A stretch of DNA of 64,000 nucleotides, from positions 17,924 through 81,923 of the forward strand of contig JAZNXX010000003.1 of NCBI GenBank assembly GCA_045594125.1. The letters run 5' to 3'. Source of the stretch: Candidatus Egerieisoma sp. GTDB taxonomy: Bacteria; Bacteroidota; Bacteroidia; Bacteroidales; UBA932. The translations under genes were made by a program, and so were the position numbers. Positions within the stretch are counted from its first letter, which is position 1. Each line of letters starts with the position of its first letter. Below the pieces are notes generated by a model. The model saw only the letters and a list, made by a program, of their open reading frames with translations, did no database searches and was not told the DNA's origin. Shown here one piece after another: positions 55,981 through 64,000 of the stretch.

Positions 55981-57294
55981 ATGAGAAAAGTATTTATTTC
56001 ACTGGTACTATTGATGTTTGTAGCACAGATCAATGCACAGACAAAAGCATCTGTTGATGCAGCAAAAGTTTTGGATAAAGCTAAATTGGAGGTTGAGAAC
56101 CCTAAAAAAGCTTCAAATCCTGCAAGTTGGGTAAAATTGGGTACTGCATATGCAGACTGCTATGACGCTCCTATCCAGGGCCTATGGCAAGGTGCTTCTC
56201 AAATGGAGGCAAAAATGTTGTTGAAAGATCAGCAGATCATCTCTTCAGCACAGGAGGAGATCAACGGCAATGTTTACAATGTTGACCAATATGAGGATAA
56301 AGCTATCTATTATGATGCAAACGGTACACTTGTAGCTTGGGTAGTAAAAGCTCCTGCAGTTAAAGATGTAGATGTATTGGCAGAGTCTTTCAAAGCATTC
56401 TGCAAAGCTAACGAGCTTGATGCAAAAGGTTCGCAGAAAAAAGTTCTTACAGAGTCTCTAAAAGCTCTTCAAGGCCGTTATATCAATGAGGCTATGTCTT
56501 GCTACTCAATTGGAAACAACAAATCAGCATCTGAGAACTTTGAGGCCTCTTTGGCAGTTTCGTCACATCCTCTTCTCAACATTGTTGACAGCACAATTAT
56601 GTATTACACTGCTGTTACTGCTGCAGCTGCAGGTGACAGAGAGAGAGCTATCAAATGGCTTACCGAGTGTACAAAAATCGGTTTTGATCAGGATGGTGAT
56701 GTTTACGCAGCATTGTCAGACAACTACAAACAGTCTGGTGACACTGTAAAATCAAAAGAGATTCTTAGCATTGGATTTACCAAATATCCTACAAACCAGG
56801 GTATCCTTGTATCATTGATCAACCTTTATATGGAGACAAACGAGGAGCCTTCAAAATTGTTTGAGGTATTGAAAGTTGCTCAGGGTAACGAGCCTAATAA
56901 CCCAAGTTTGTATTACGCTGAGGGTAACATTCACTTGAAATTGAATGATAAAGAGAGCGCAATCAAAGCATATCAAAAATCACAGGAGATTGATCCTAAC
57001 TACTTCTGGGGTTACTTCAGCGAGGGTAAAACCTATTATGACTGGGCTGTAGAGATTCAGGAGCAGGCTAATATGGAGTCAGACGACAACAAGTATATGG
57101 CTTTGTTGGAGCAGTTGGACAACACTTTGATGAGCGCAATCAAACCTCTTGAGAAGGCATTCAGTATAGAGGAAGATGCTGAGCTAAAAGCTTATGTTGC
57201 TGAGCTTTTGAAGAATGTATTCTTCCGTTTCCGTGAGAAAGGTGAGGAGTACAAAACAGGATACGAGAAATATAACGGCTTCCTTCAGAAATAA
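55981..57294 (+). CDS. secreted TPR-repeat protein
   Basis: 437 aa with a signal peptide ending in INAQ and TPR-like repeats, e.g. 'YYAEGNIHLKLNDKESAIKAYQKSQEIDPN'. It lies downstream of gyrA, as in many Bacteroidales. Confidence 0.7.
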   Translation: MRKVFISLVLLMFVAQINAQTKASVDAAKVLDKAKLEVENPKKASNPASWVKLGTAYADCYDAPIQGLWQGASQMEAKMLLKDQQIISSAQEEINGNVYNVDQYEDKAIYYDANGTLVAWVVKAPAVKDVDVLAESFKAFCKANELDAKGSQKKVLTESLKALQGRYINEAMSCYSIGNNKSASENFEASLAVSSHPLLNIVDSTIMYYTAVTAAAAGDRERAIKWLTECTKIGFDQDGDVYAALSDNYKQSGDTVKSKEILSIGFTKYPTNQGILVSLINLYMETNEEPSKLFEVLKVAQGNEPNNPSLYYAEGNIHLKLNDKESAIKAYQKSQEIDPNYFWGYFSEGKTYYDWAVEIQEQANMESDDNKYMALLEQLDNTLMSAIKPLEKAFSIEEDAELKAYVAELLKNVFFRFREKGEEYKTGYEKYNGFLQK

Positions 57295-57482
57295 TAATCT
57301 GAATTGAAGACAGATATTTAGGAGAGGCTGGCCCAATGGTCAGCCTCCTCTTGTATCTGGCACTTTTATTCTCAGCAGAGATAATGTATATGAAAAAGGG
57401 TAACCTCTCTTGGCTACCCTCTCTCAAAAACATTTGCTGTTTTACGCAGTAAACTATATTTAATTTACTCTCTATTCTAAAA

Positions 57483-59501
57483 TTATTCAATAATTGTCAT
57501 CTCATCAAGCAGATGCTCTGCTCCTGCAAGTTTGTCGATTATAAAGAGTGCGAATCTGATATCAAGAGCTATGTTTCTGCATACCTGCGGGTCAAAGACA
57601 ACATCACTCATTGTGCCCTCCCATACACGGTCGAAGTTGACACCAATAAGATTTCCGTCGGCATCAATTACAGGACTGCCTGAGTTGCCGCCGCTGGTGT
57701 GGTTGGTTGCAATGAAGGCCACAGGAACAGAGCCGTCTACATTCCATCGGCCATAATTCTTAGTCTTGTAAAGCTCTCTCAATTTTTGGGGAACATCGTA
57801 GTCGTAAATTTGTGGATTATCTTTCTCCATAATACCGTCAAGTGTCGATACCGGTGTAAAATAGATGGCATCAGATGGAGAATATCCCTTTACAGAGCCG
57901 TAAGCTATACGGAGTGTGGAGTTTGCATCAGGATAAAAAACTCTATCTCCGTTTGTGGAGCTGTTGAACTCTATCTGTCCCCTCATATAGCTTCTGTAGA
58001 GGAGGGTGATCTCCTGATTGATGCTGTCGAGAAGAGGTTTGTAATTTTTGATAAAGTGTCGGTTTGTCTCCATATAGAGCTCTCTTGCCAACTCAATTGA
58101 GTCATTGTCGTAAATGGCATCAGCCCACTTCTCCACAGAACCCATCTCTTTGAGCGTCTCTATAAAATATGGGGCCTTGTATTTGTCATCAATCACCCGG
58201 TTGGACTCATTCATCAGGGCAATAAAGCTCTTTTTGTCGATGGGTTTATAGTAATCCTTGTAGAATAGGGCAGAATCTGTGCGGTTTATATTTCCTGCAT
58301 AGCTTACAAACTCAATTGCATTAATTGCCTCTTTCTGGAAATCGCTTACCAGCGAAAGCTCCTCAATCTGCCCATAGAGTCGGGCCAGTTTCTCAACCAC
58401 ACCTTCATATTGCGGTTTCCCCTTTGCCCATTCAGCAAAGTCAGCCTCATATTTGCGTTTGTTTTCAATGGTATTCATCCTTACAATACCCTTCATCTCA
58501 CCCTGCCATTTCTTCCAGGCATTTGAGACATTTGCATTCTTTGAGGCATATTTTATCCTTACAGCCTGATCCCTCTCCATTTCACTGTTCTGAATGTCGA
58601 GACGGAGTGTTCTCAATCTTATCTTGTTGGGATTGGCCACATTTGCAGTATAGTCGACCGCGTGCGACATCAGATACTCATTGGTTCTTCCTGGAAATCC
58701 GTATACGAGGGTAAAATCACCCTCCTTGATACCCGATGCATTTATCTTGAAGAACCTTTTTGGAGTGTAAGGCACATTCTCTGGAGAGTAGTCGGCAGGC
58801 TCATTATCCTTTCCTGCGTAGATTCTGAAGAGACTGAAATCGCCGGTATGGCGTGGCCACATCCAGTTGTCGGTATCGCCTCCGAATTTTCCGATTGATG
58901 AAGGCGGTGCACCTACAAGTCTCACGTCTGTATATACCTTATATACATAGAGGAAATATTGGTTGCCATAATATAGAGGTGCAATTCTTGCCTTAAGACC
59001 CTTCCCTTGGGCAACTCTATGGTTGATAATCCTCTTGGAATTCTTCTCTATAACAGCAAGGCGCTCATCCTCGCTCATCCCTTCACTGTAGCCCTCAAGC
59101 ACCTTGTCGGTAACATCCTCCATACATTCAAGAAATGCAACCCAAAGATTGGGAGTCACAAGCTCCTCTTCTCGTGTCATAGCCCAGAATCCATCTTTCA
59201 GATAGTCGTGTTCTACAGAACTGTGATACTGGATCTTGCTATATCCACAGTGGTGGTTAGTGATGAGCAGCCCCTCATTGGAGATAAGCTCTCCGGTACA
59301 TCCTCCGTTAAAATGGACAATGGCATCCTTAAGGGAGGAGTTGTTGATACTGTAAAGATCCTCGGCCGTAAGCTTGAATCCTTTTGCCTGCATATCGCTG
59401 ATTCTCTCTGCAATCTGTGACGGAAGCCACATACCCTCATCTGCTGAAAGGGTAAATGTTGCAGAGAGGAGGCAGATAAAGATAAGTAACCTCTTTCTCA
59501 T
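57483..59501 (-). CDS. S46 family dipeptidyl-peptidase (DPP7/DPP11-like)
   Basis: 672 aa with a signal peptide followed by 'ADEGMWLP', 'TNHHCG' (His) and 'GGNSGSPVIDADGNLIGVNFD' (Ser). Confidence 0.85.
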   Translation of the reverse strand: MRKRLLIFICLLSATFTLSADEGMWLPSQIAERISDMQAKGFKLTAEDLYSINNSSLKDAIVHFNGGCTGELISNEGLLITNHHCGYSKIQYHSSVEHDYLKDGFWAMTREEELVTPNLWVAFLECMEDVTDKVLEGYSEGMSEDERLAVIEKNSKRIINHRVAQGKGLKARIAPLYYGNQYFLYVYKVYTDVRLVGAPPSSIGKFGGDTDNWMWPRHTGDFSLFRIYAGKDNEPADYSPENVPYTPKRFFKINASGIKEGDFTLVYGFPGRTNEYLMSHAVDYTANVANPNKIRLRTLRLDIQNSEMERDQAVRIKYASKNANVSNAWKKWQGEMKGIVRMNTIENKRKYEADFAEWAKGKPQYEGVVEKLARLYGQIEELSLVSDFQKEAINAIEFVSYAGNINRTDSALFYKDYYKPIDKKSFIALMNESNRVIDDKYKAPYFIETLKEMGSVEKWADAIYDNDSIELARELYMETNRHFIKNYKPLLDSINQEITLLYRSYMRGQIEFNSSTNGDRVFYPDANSTLRIAYGSVKGYSPSDAIYFTPVSTLDGIMEKDNPQIYDYDVPQKLRELYKTKNYGRWNVDGSVPVAFIATNHTSGGNSGSPVIDADGNLIGVNFDRVWEGTMSDVVFDPQVCRNIALDIRFALFIIDKLAGAEHLLDEMTIIE

Positions 59502-59627
59502 ACATTATTGGATTTTGATTGTTATTGTTAGTTATAAAAATATATTCTTTTCCATCCCTACGCAAATTTAGAAAACTTTTATTACTTTTGAGATTGCTAA
59601 TTCTTAAAATTCATAACCGGCAGACAG

Positions 59628-60743
59628 ATGAACAAACTTGCAAAATATATTGTGGCGGCTGTTGTTTGTGCAGTGATACTCTTTTTGGCGTGGTATTTCA
59701 GCTCTGTACTTACCTGTATAATTTTGTCGGCAGTCTTTTCTCTGATAGGTAAACCTGTAATGGAGTTTCTGACCTCCATCAAGATTGGAAGATTCAGGTT
59801 GGGAAATTCTGTTGCCTCACTTCTGACAATGATATTGCTTGCATCTGTATTGTCCTGCCTGATAATCTTTATAGTACCTCTCTTTGGAACGATAATCAAG
59901 GAGATGAGTGCCATAAATATAGAGGAGTTGAGAATGAAACTGGCCGGCCCGCTTGCAAAGTACAATATTGTGATGCATGAGGCTTTCCCCACTATGGATG
60001 CCAGTGTCACAATTGAGAATATGGTTGTTGCACAGTTGAAAGAGATTTTTGACTTTTCTCTTGTCTCAAATACCTTCTCATCAATAACCTCATTCATAAT
60101 TGACCTCTTCATATCTGCATTTACCATAGTATTTGTGACATTTTTCTTTCTGAAAGATTCCAATATGTTCACAAATATCATCCTGCTCTTTGTCCCTTCA
60201 AAGTATGAAGAGAATACCAAGAGGGCTATGGAGAGTATAAACAGGCTTCTGGTGAGATATTTTACGGGAATTAGCCTGGAGGCACTGCTTATAACAATAT
60301 TGAATACAATCGGTCTCCATTTTATCGGAGGACTCTCTTTCCAGCTTTCGGTAGTACTTGCCTTGATATCCGGTGTGATAAATGTTGTTCCCTATATAGG
60401 CCCTCTTGCAGCTGGAGCCTTTGGAACACTTATAGGTGTGGCCTCACTGTATGGAGGAGTAGGGGAGCCTGCGCTTGGCGTGTTAATTATCAAGCTTGTG
60501 GCAATCTTTGTGGTAACCCATCTTGTAGATGTCTTTATATTCCAGCCATATATCTATTCCAACAGTGTAAAGGCCCATCCTCTTGAGATATTTCTTGTCA
60601 TTTTGCTTGCCGGAAATATTGGAGGAATAGTTGGAATGCTCGTTGCCATTCCTGGATATACAGTGCTCAGAGTCTTTGCAAAGGAGTTCTTCTCCAACTT
60701 TGAACTTGTGCAGAAGTTGACAGAACGGATTGGTATGGAGTGA
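59628..60743 (+). CDS. AI-2E family transporter (PerM-like permease)
   Basis: 371 aa, polytopic, with 'VINVVPYIGPL' and 'HPLEIFLVILLAGNIGGIVGMLVAIP'. Confidence 0.8.
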   Translation: MNKLAKYIVAAVVCAVILFLAWYFSSVLTCIILSAVFSLIGKPVMEFLTSIKIGRFRLGNSVASLLTMILLASVLSCLIIFIVPLFGTIIKEMSAINIEELRMKLAGPLAKYNIVMHEAFPTMDASVTIENMVVAQLKEIFDFSLVSNTFSSITSFIIDLFISAFTIVFVTFFFLKDSNMFTNIILLFVPSKYEENTKRAMESINRLLVRYFTGISLEALLITILNTIGLHFIGGLSFQLSVVLALISGVINVVPYIGPLAAGAFGTLIGVASLYGGVGEPALGVLIIKLVAIFVVTHLVDVFIFQPYIYSNSVKAHPLEIFLVILLAGNIGGIVGMLVAIPGYTVLRVFAKEFFSNFELVQKLTERIGME

Positions 60744-60767
60744 ATTTGGAATTGTGTAAACAAAAAA

Positions 60768-60791
60768 AAGAGCGGCAGATCTGCCGCTCTT
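60768..60791. terminator. bidirectional rho-independent terminator
   Basis: Perfect palindrome aagagcggcagatctgccgctctt flanked by an A8 run and T-rich sequence, between convergent genes. Confidence 0.65.
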
Positions 60792-60808
60792 TGTATCAAG
60801 AGACAATC

Positions 60809-61060
60809 TTACTTCTCAAGTCTGGTATTTGCTGCCTCAACATTGATGGTACGTCCCATATGCTCTGTACCGTTAAGTGCAGCAATCGCTGCCATACCCT
60901 CTTCCTCATTAGGCATCTCTACAAAACCGTAACCTTTTGATCTGCGGGTTTCCTTGTTTAAAATTATTCTTGATGCAGTAACCTCTCCATATGGAGCGAA
61001 CAGTTGAGCAAGATCCTCTTTTCTGGCTTTAAAGCTCAAACTTGAAATAAAGATGTTCAT
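60809..61060 (-). CDS. RNA-binding protein with RRM domain
   Basis: 83 aa with RNP-2 'NIFISSL' and RNP-1 'KGYGFVEM'. Confidence 0.85.
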   Translation of the reverse strand: MNIFISSLSFKARKEDLAQLFAPYGEVTASRIILNKETRRSKGYGFVEMPNEEEGMAAIAALNGTEHMGRTINVEAANTRLEK

Positions 61061-61310
61061 TATAAATTATACTTATTAGGGTTAAAAAAGTTTTATCAAT
61101 TCATCGCTGTATATAAACAACACCACAAAGCTAATATAAAATTAAAGTATAAGAAAAAAATAAGAACAATAGAACACTTAATATGTGTTTATTGCTATAC
61201 ATCTATTTTGAATGACATTTCTTCAATATTATTGGTTTTAAAATGCTGTAAAGTTGATTGTCTGATGTTTAAGTTCTTTTTTCAAATAGTTTAAATGAGT
61301 AGTTGAATAA

Positions 61311-62423
61311 TTAGTTTCCCATCCATAATATAAAGATATTCAGTAAATTAATTGATATGTTCAGTAAAGTGGTCGTTATTTCTCCAATTAAGGGGACTCC
61401 ACCAGTCACTACGGAGAGTACAAGAAGCTCTATAATAACCTCTACAAGGGGTACAGCAACAATATTGGCAATTATGAAGAACCTTGCTATTGTCCCGAAA
61501 TAGAAGAGTATAAATGGAGCGGTGGATATTTGGCAGGAGATTGAAAGTGCCGACAAGTCAAATGCTCTATATAGTGCCCTCACCAGCAGATTACGCTTCT
61601 TTTTTTCTGGAAAACACCTCTCCATAGCCCCCTTTATTGCCGGGTATATTGCAATAATTCCAAACAGAGCGGCAAAAGAGAGCTGAAAACCTATATCCGT
61701 CAGATCGTCTGGCCTGATAAGGAGAATTATGGAGGCCGACAGAAGCAGACTTGTCCATCTTCCACCTCTTCTGTGGTGTATTTGTGACATTTTCCACACA
61801 ATAATCATAATGGATGCCCTCATAAGGGAGGCACCCATTCCACATATATAGCAGTAGAAGAGGATTGCAGCAGAGGCAATATAGCTTTTGGCTATCCTGC
61901 TTGTCTGATTGAAATTTAGAAAAAAGAGCATTATTCCAATTATCCTGTAAATTATGGCAACGTGAAGTCCGGAGAGGGCAAGTATATGCATTGTACCGCT
62001 TGTCTTGTAACTTTTTTTCAGTTCCGGGCCAATGTTGGATTTCTCCCCTGTTACAAAGGCTGTCACAACAGCGCTCTCCCGTTCCGATGGAATTTTTCCG
62101 GATATGACTGAGCCCATTTTTTCTCTCAGATCTCCATTGTATTGGGGCAGAATTTCAATAGATGGACGGTTCATATTGCAAAAGCCCAGCAACAGAAAGA
62201 GGGCCGGGGAGAAGACTCTTATAATTATCCGGTAACGGCTGTTCCCTCTGCCAGCCCGTCTGGAAGCGGTGAAGTGGAGGTGGATTATTGCCACAAGCAA
62301 AGGGGTAATGAGCAGAAAGATGGCCGGTTGGCCTATTTGGCACTCTGAAAAATATCCCAGAAGGGAGCCGATAAGGTTCCCTGAAAGAAACAGCACCAGA
62401 ATATAATCACCCCCTCTATCCAT
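61311..62423 (-). CDS. ComEC/Rec2 family membrane protein (competence channel domain only)
   Basis: 370 aa, polytopic, with 'SGTMHILALSGLHVAIIY'. No C-terminal metallo-beta-lactamase domain is present. Confidence 0.72.
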   Translation of the reverse strand: MDRGGDYILVLFLSGNLIGSLLGYFSECQIGQPAIFLLITPLLVAIIHLHFTASRRAGRGNSRYRIIIRVFSPALFLLLGFCNMNRPSIEILPQYNGDLREKMGSVISGKIPSERESAVVTAFVTGEKSNIGPELKKSYKTSGTMHILALSGLHVAIIYRIIGIMLFFLNFNQTSRIAKSYIASAAILFYCYICGMGASLMRASIMIIVWKMSQIHHRRGGRWTSLLLSASIILLIRPDDLTDIGFQLSFAALFGIIAIYPAIKGAMERCFPEKKKRNLLVRALYRAFDLSALSISCQISTAPFILFYFGTIARFFIIANIVAVPLVEVIIELLVLSVVTGGVPLIGEITTTLLNISINLLNIFILWMGN

Positions 62424-62516
62424 ACCTCCAAAATTGCCGGAAATCTGTTTTGGACCAAAAAATCAGATTCCATTCCTACAAAAATAGTAAAAGTTGAATT
62501 ATCTTTGCTTACAGAA

Positions 62517-63497
62517 ATGAAAAAAATAGCATTCATAGTCAACCCGATTTCAGGTACACTCGACAAGAGTTCCCTATTGCACTATCTGGAAAATACTTTT
62601 ACAGAGTCAAGGGGATATTCCCCCATATTCTATATGACAAAGGGAAGTGGGGATGCCTATAATGCAGCCTGCCGTTTCAAGGATGAGAAATTTGACATAG
62701 TTGTGGCTGTGGGTGGCGACGGCACCGTAAACCAGGTTGCAAAGGGAGTTGTAAATTCCAACACAAAACTGGCCGTAATACCTGTTGGCTCCGGAAACGG
62801 TTTGGCACGTCACCTCAAGATACCGCTTTCCTACTATCTGGCAGTAGAGGTGATATTGCAGGAGAATGTGCAGCTGATAGATGCGGGAAAGATTAATGAT
62901 GAGATCTTTTTTTGTACAGCAGGGTTGGGATTTGAGGCAGTTATTGGCGACAGATTCAACTCTGCAGGAACACGTGGACTGATAACTTATATAGAGTTTT
63001 GCGCAAAGGAGTATGTAAATTACAGGCGCGAAAGGTACCGTATAGAGATGCCTGGATATAAACTTGATACAAAGGCCTTTCTCATCACCTTTGCAAATTG
63101 TTCCCAATGGGGCAATAATGTCTTTATAGCCCCTGATGCCGATATCTCGGATGGAATGTTGGATATGGTCATCTGGAAGAGGGCCCCACTGATCTCAATG
63201 CCCCATCTGACAGCAGGCCTCTTTCTCAAGACAATACAATATTCCGAATTTATTGATACATTCAAGTGCCGGCAGATAAAGATTGTGAGGGAGCAGCCCG
63301 GACTGATACAGTTCGACGGGGAGAGCCGGATGATGGAGAGGGAGATAACAGTTTCGCTGCTGCACCACGCAGTAAAGGCCATTGTGCCGGGAGAGTATGA
63401 CCTTCTCTCCTATGCAAGGAAAATTGTTCCGCAGATAAAGGAACAGCTCTCAAAACTTGAAGATTTTATACAGGATGCCGCTGATGGATTGAGATAA
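62517..63497 (+). CDS. diacylglycerol/lipid kinase family protein (YegS/BmrU-like)
   Basis: The ATG at 62517 is preferred over the TTG at 62505. Motifs: 'IVNPISG', 'VVAVGGDGTVNQVA' and 'IPVGSGNGLAR'. Confidence 0.82.
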   Translation: MKKIAFIVNPISGTLDKSSLLHYLENTFTESRGYSPIFYMTKGSGDAYNAACRFKDEKFDIVVAVGGDGTVNQVAKGVVNSNTKLAVIPVGSGNGLARHLKIPLSYYLAVEVILQENVQLIDAGKINDEIFFCTAGLGFEAVIGDRFNSAGTRGLITYIEFCAKEYVNYRRERYRIEMPGYKLDTKAFLITFANCSQWGNNVFIAPDADISDGMLDMVIWKRAPLISMPHLTAGLFLKTIQYSEFIDTFKCRQIKIVREQPGLIQFDGESRMMEREITVSLLHHAVKAIVPGEYDLLSYARKIVPQIKEQLSKLEDFIQDAADGLR

Positions 63498-63550
63498 ATT
63501 CATCACGGCATTTTTTTAAAATTTTTATACCAAATAAGTGGTATATTGAT

Positions 63551-63558
63551 TATCTTTG
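63551..63558 (+). promoter_or_regulatory. candidate -7 box (TAtcTTTG) upstream of ackA
   Basis: Exact TAnnTTTG motif 57 nt upstream of the ATG. Confidence 0.35.
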
Positions 63559-63614
63559 TAGATAAAAGTTTTTAATTAGGGAATATTAATCTATAAAAAT
63601 ACTGAATTTATACT

Positions 63615-64000
63615 ATGATTGTTTTAGTTTTGAATTGCGGTAGCTCATCATTGAAATATCAGGTACTTGATATGCAGAATGAGAATGACTACTCACTTTT
63701 GGCAAAAGGCTTGGTTGAAAGAATTGGTCTGGAGATGGGAGACATTACCCACAGTGTTACAGGTAAAGAGAAACACAAGGTACATCAGCCTATCCCTACT
63801 CATACAGAGGGAATCAAGGGCGTTCTTGACCTACTTGTTGATGCAGAGCACGGAGTGTTGGAATCTCTTGCTGATATCCAGGCTGTAGGACATCGTGTTG
63901 CTCACGGTGGCGAATATTTCAATTCAAGCAAACTTATTGATGCCTCTGTAATTGAGGGTATAGAGAAGTGCTGCGAACTTGCACCTCTTCACAACCCTGC
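63615..64000 (+). CDS. ackA: acetate kinase, 5' part (runs off the window end)
   Basis: Not in the ORF track because no stop falls within the window. My own translation is MIVLVLNCGSSSLKYQVLDM...VGHRVAHGGEYF...ELAPLHNP, which carries the hallmark AckA motifs. Confidence 0.9.
   Translation, partial: MIVLVLNCGSSSLKYQVLDMQNENDYSLLAKGLVERIGLEMGDITHSVTGKEKHKVHQPIPTHTEGIKGVLDLLVDAEHGVLESLADIQAVGHRVAHGGEYFNSSKLIDASVIEGIEKCCELAPLHNP

Noticed and set aside
1-64000. Scan for CRISPR arrays, rRNA genes, integrase, transposase or IS elements, and long terminal inverted repeats.
   Set aside because: No regularly spaced direct repeats, no rRNA-like sequence, and no tyrosine/serine recombinase or DDE transposase motifs were seen in any listed ORF. 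The only repeat structures found are the short ones reported above.

Overview
The window reads as about 64 kb of Bacteroidales (Bacteroidota) chromosome. Supporting this assignment: TTTG-N19-TAnnTTTG type promoters, an S46 dipeptidyl-peptidase, a type V (FimA/Mfa) pilus locus, lipoprotein signal peptides, and the typical clpC/gyrA/TPR and holA/HsdR_N neighbourhoods. Most of it is housekeeping: priA, holA, cca, recG, pdxA, rnhA, gpsA, pgi, an AddAB-like helicase-nuclease pair, clpC, gyrA, a PgpH-like HDIG protein, the 5' part of ackA, tRNA-Phe and tRNA-Lys. There are four non-core regions. (1) 25.3-32.9 kb: a type V pilus operon with a 995-aa Big_2-repeat protein. (2) 33.9-37.7 kb: a steroid 5-alpha-reductase / Old-Yellow-Enzyme flavoreductase / two-SDR cluster that matches the published gut Bacteroidota bile-acid (isoalloLCA-type) gene set. 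(3) 39.3-43.1 kb: the most unusual part. It is a co-directional five-gene cassette encoding a catalytically degenerate protein-kinase domain fused to an intact classic AAA+ ATPase, two paralogous small YbjN/chaperone-like proteins, a 58-aa zinc-ribbon miniprotein missing from the ORF track, and a 224-aa orphan. It sits next to a decapitated creD fragment. I consider this the best candidate for an undescribed (possibly conflict/defence) system. (4) 47.9-49.3 kb: a truncated, stop-interrupted gene remnant plus a GC-rich repeat/hairpin block next to the 3' end of tRNA-Lys, which looks like a decayed integrative element. I saw no CRISPR array, rRNA, integrase or transposase. All family assignments come from motif recognition by eye. 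No database search was run.
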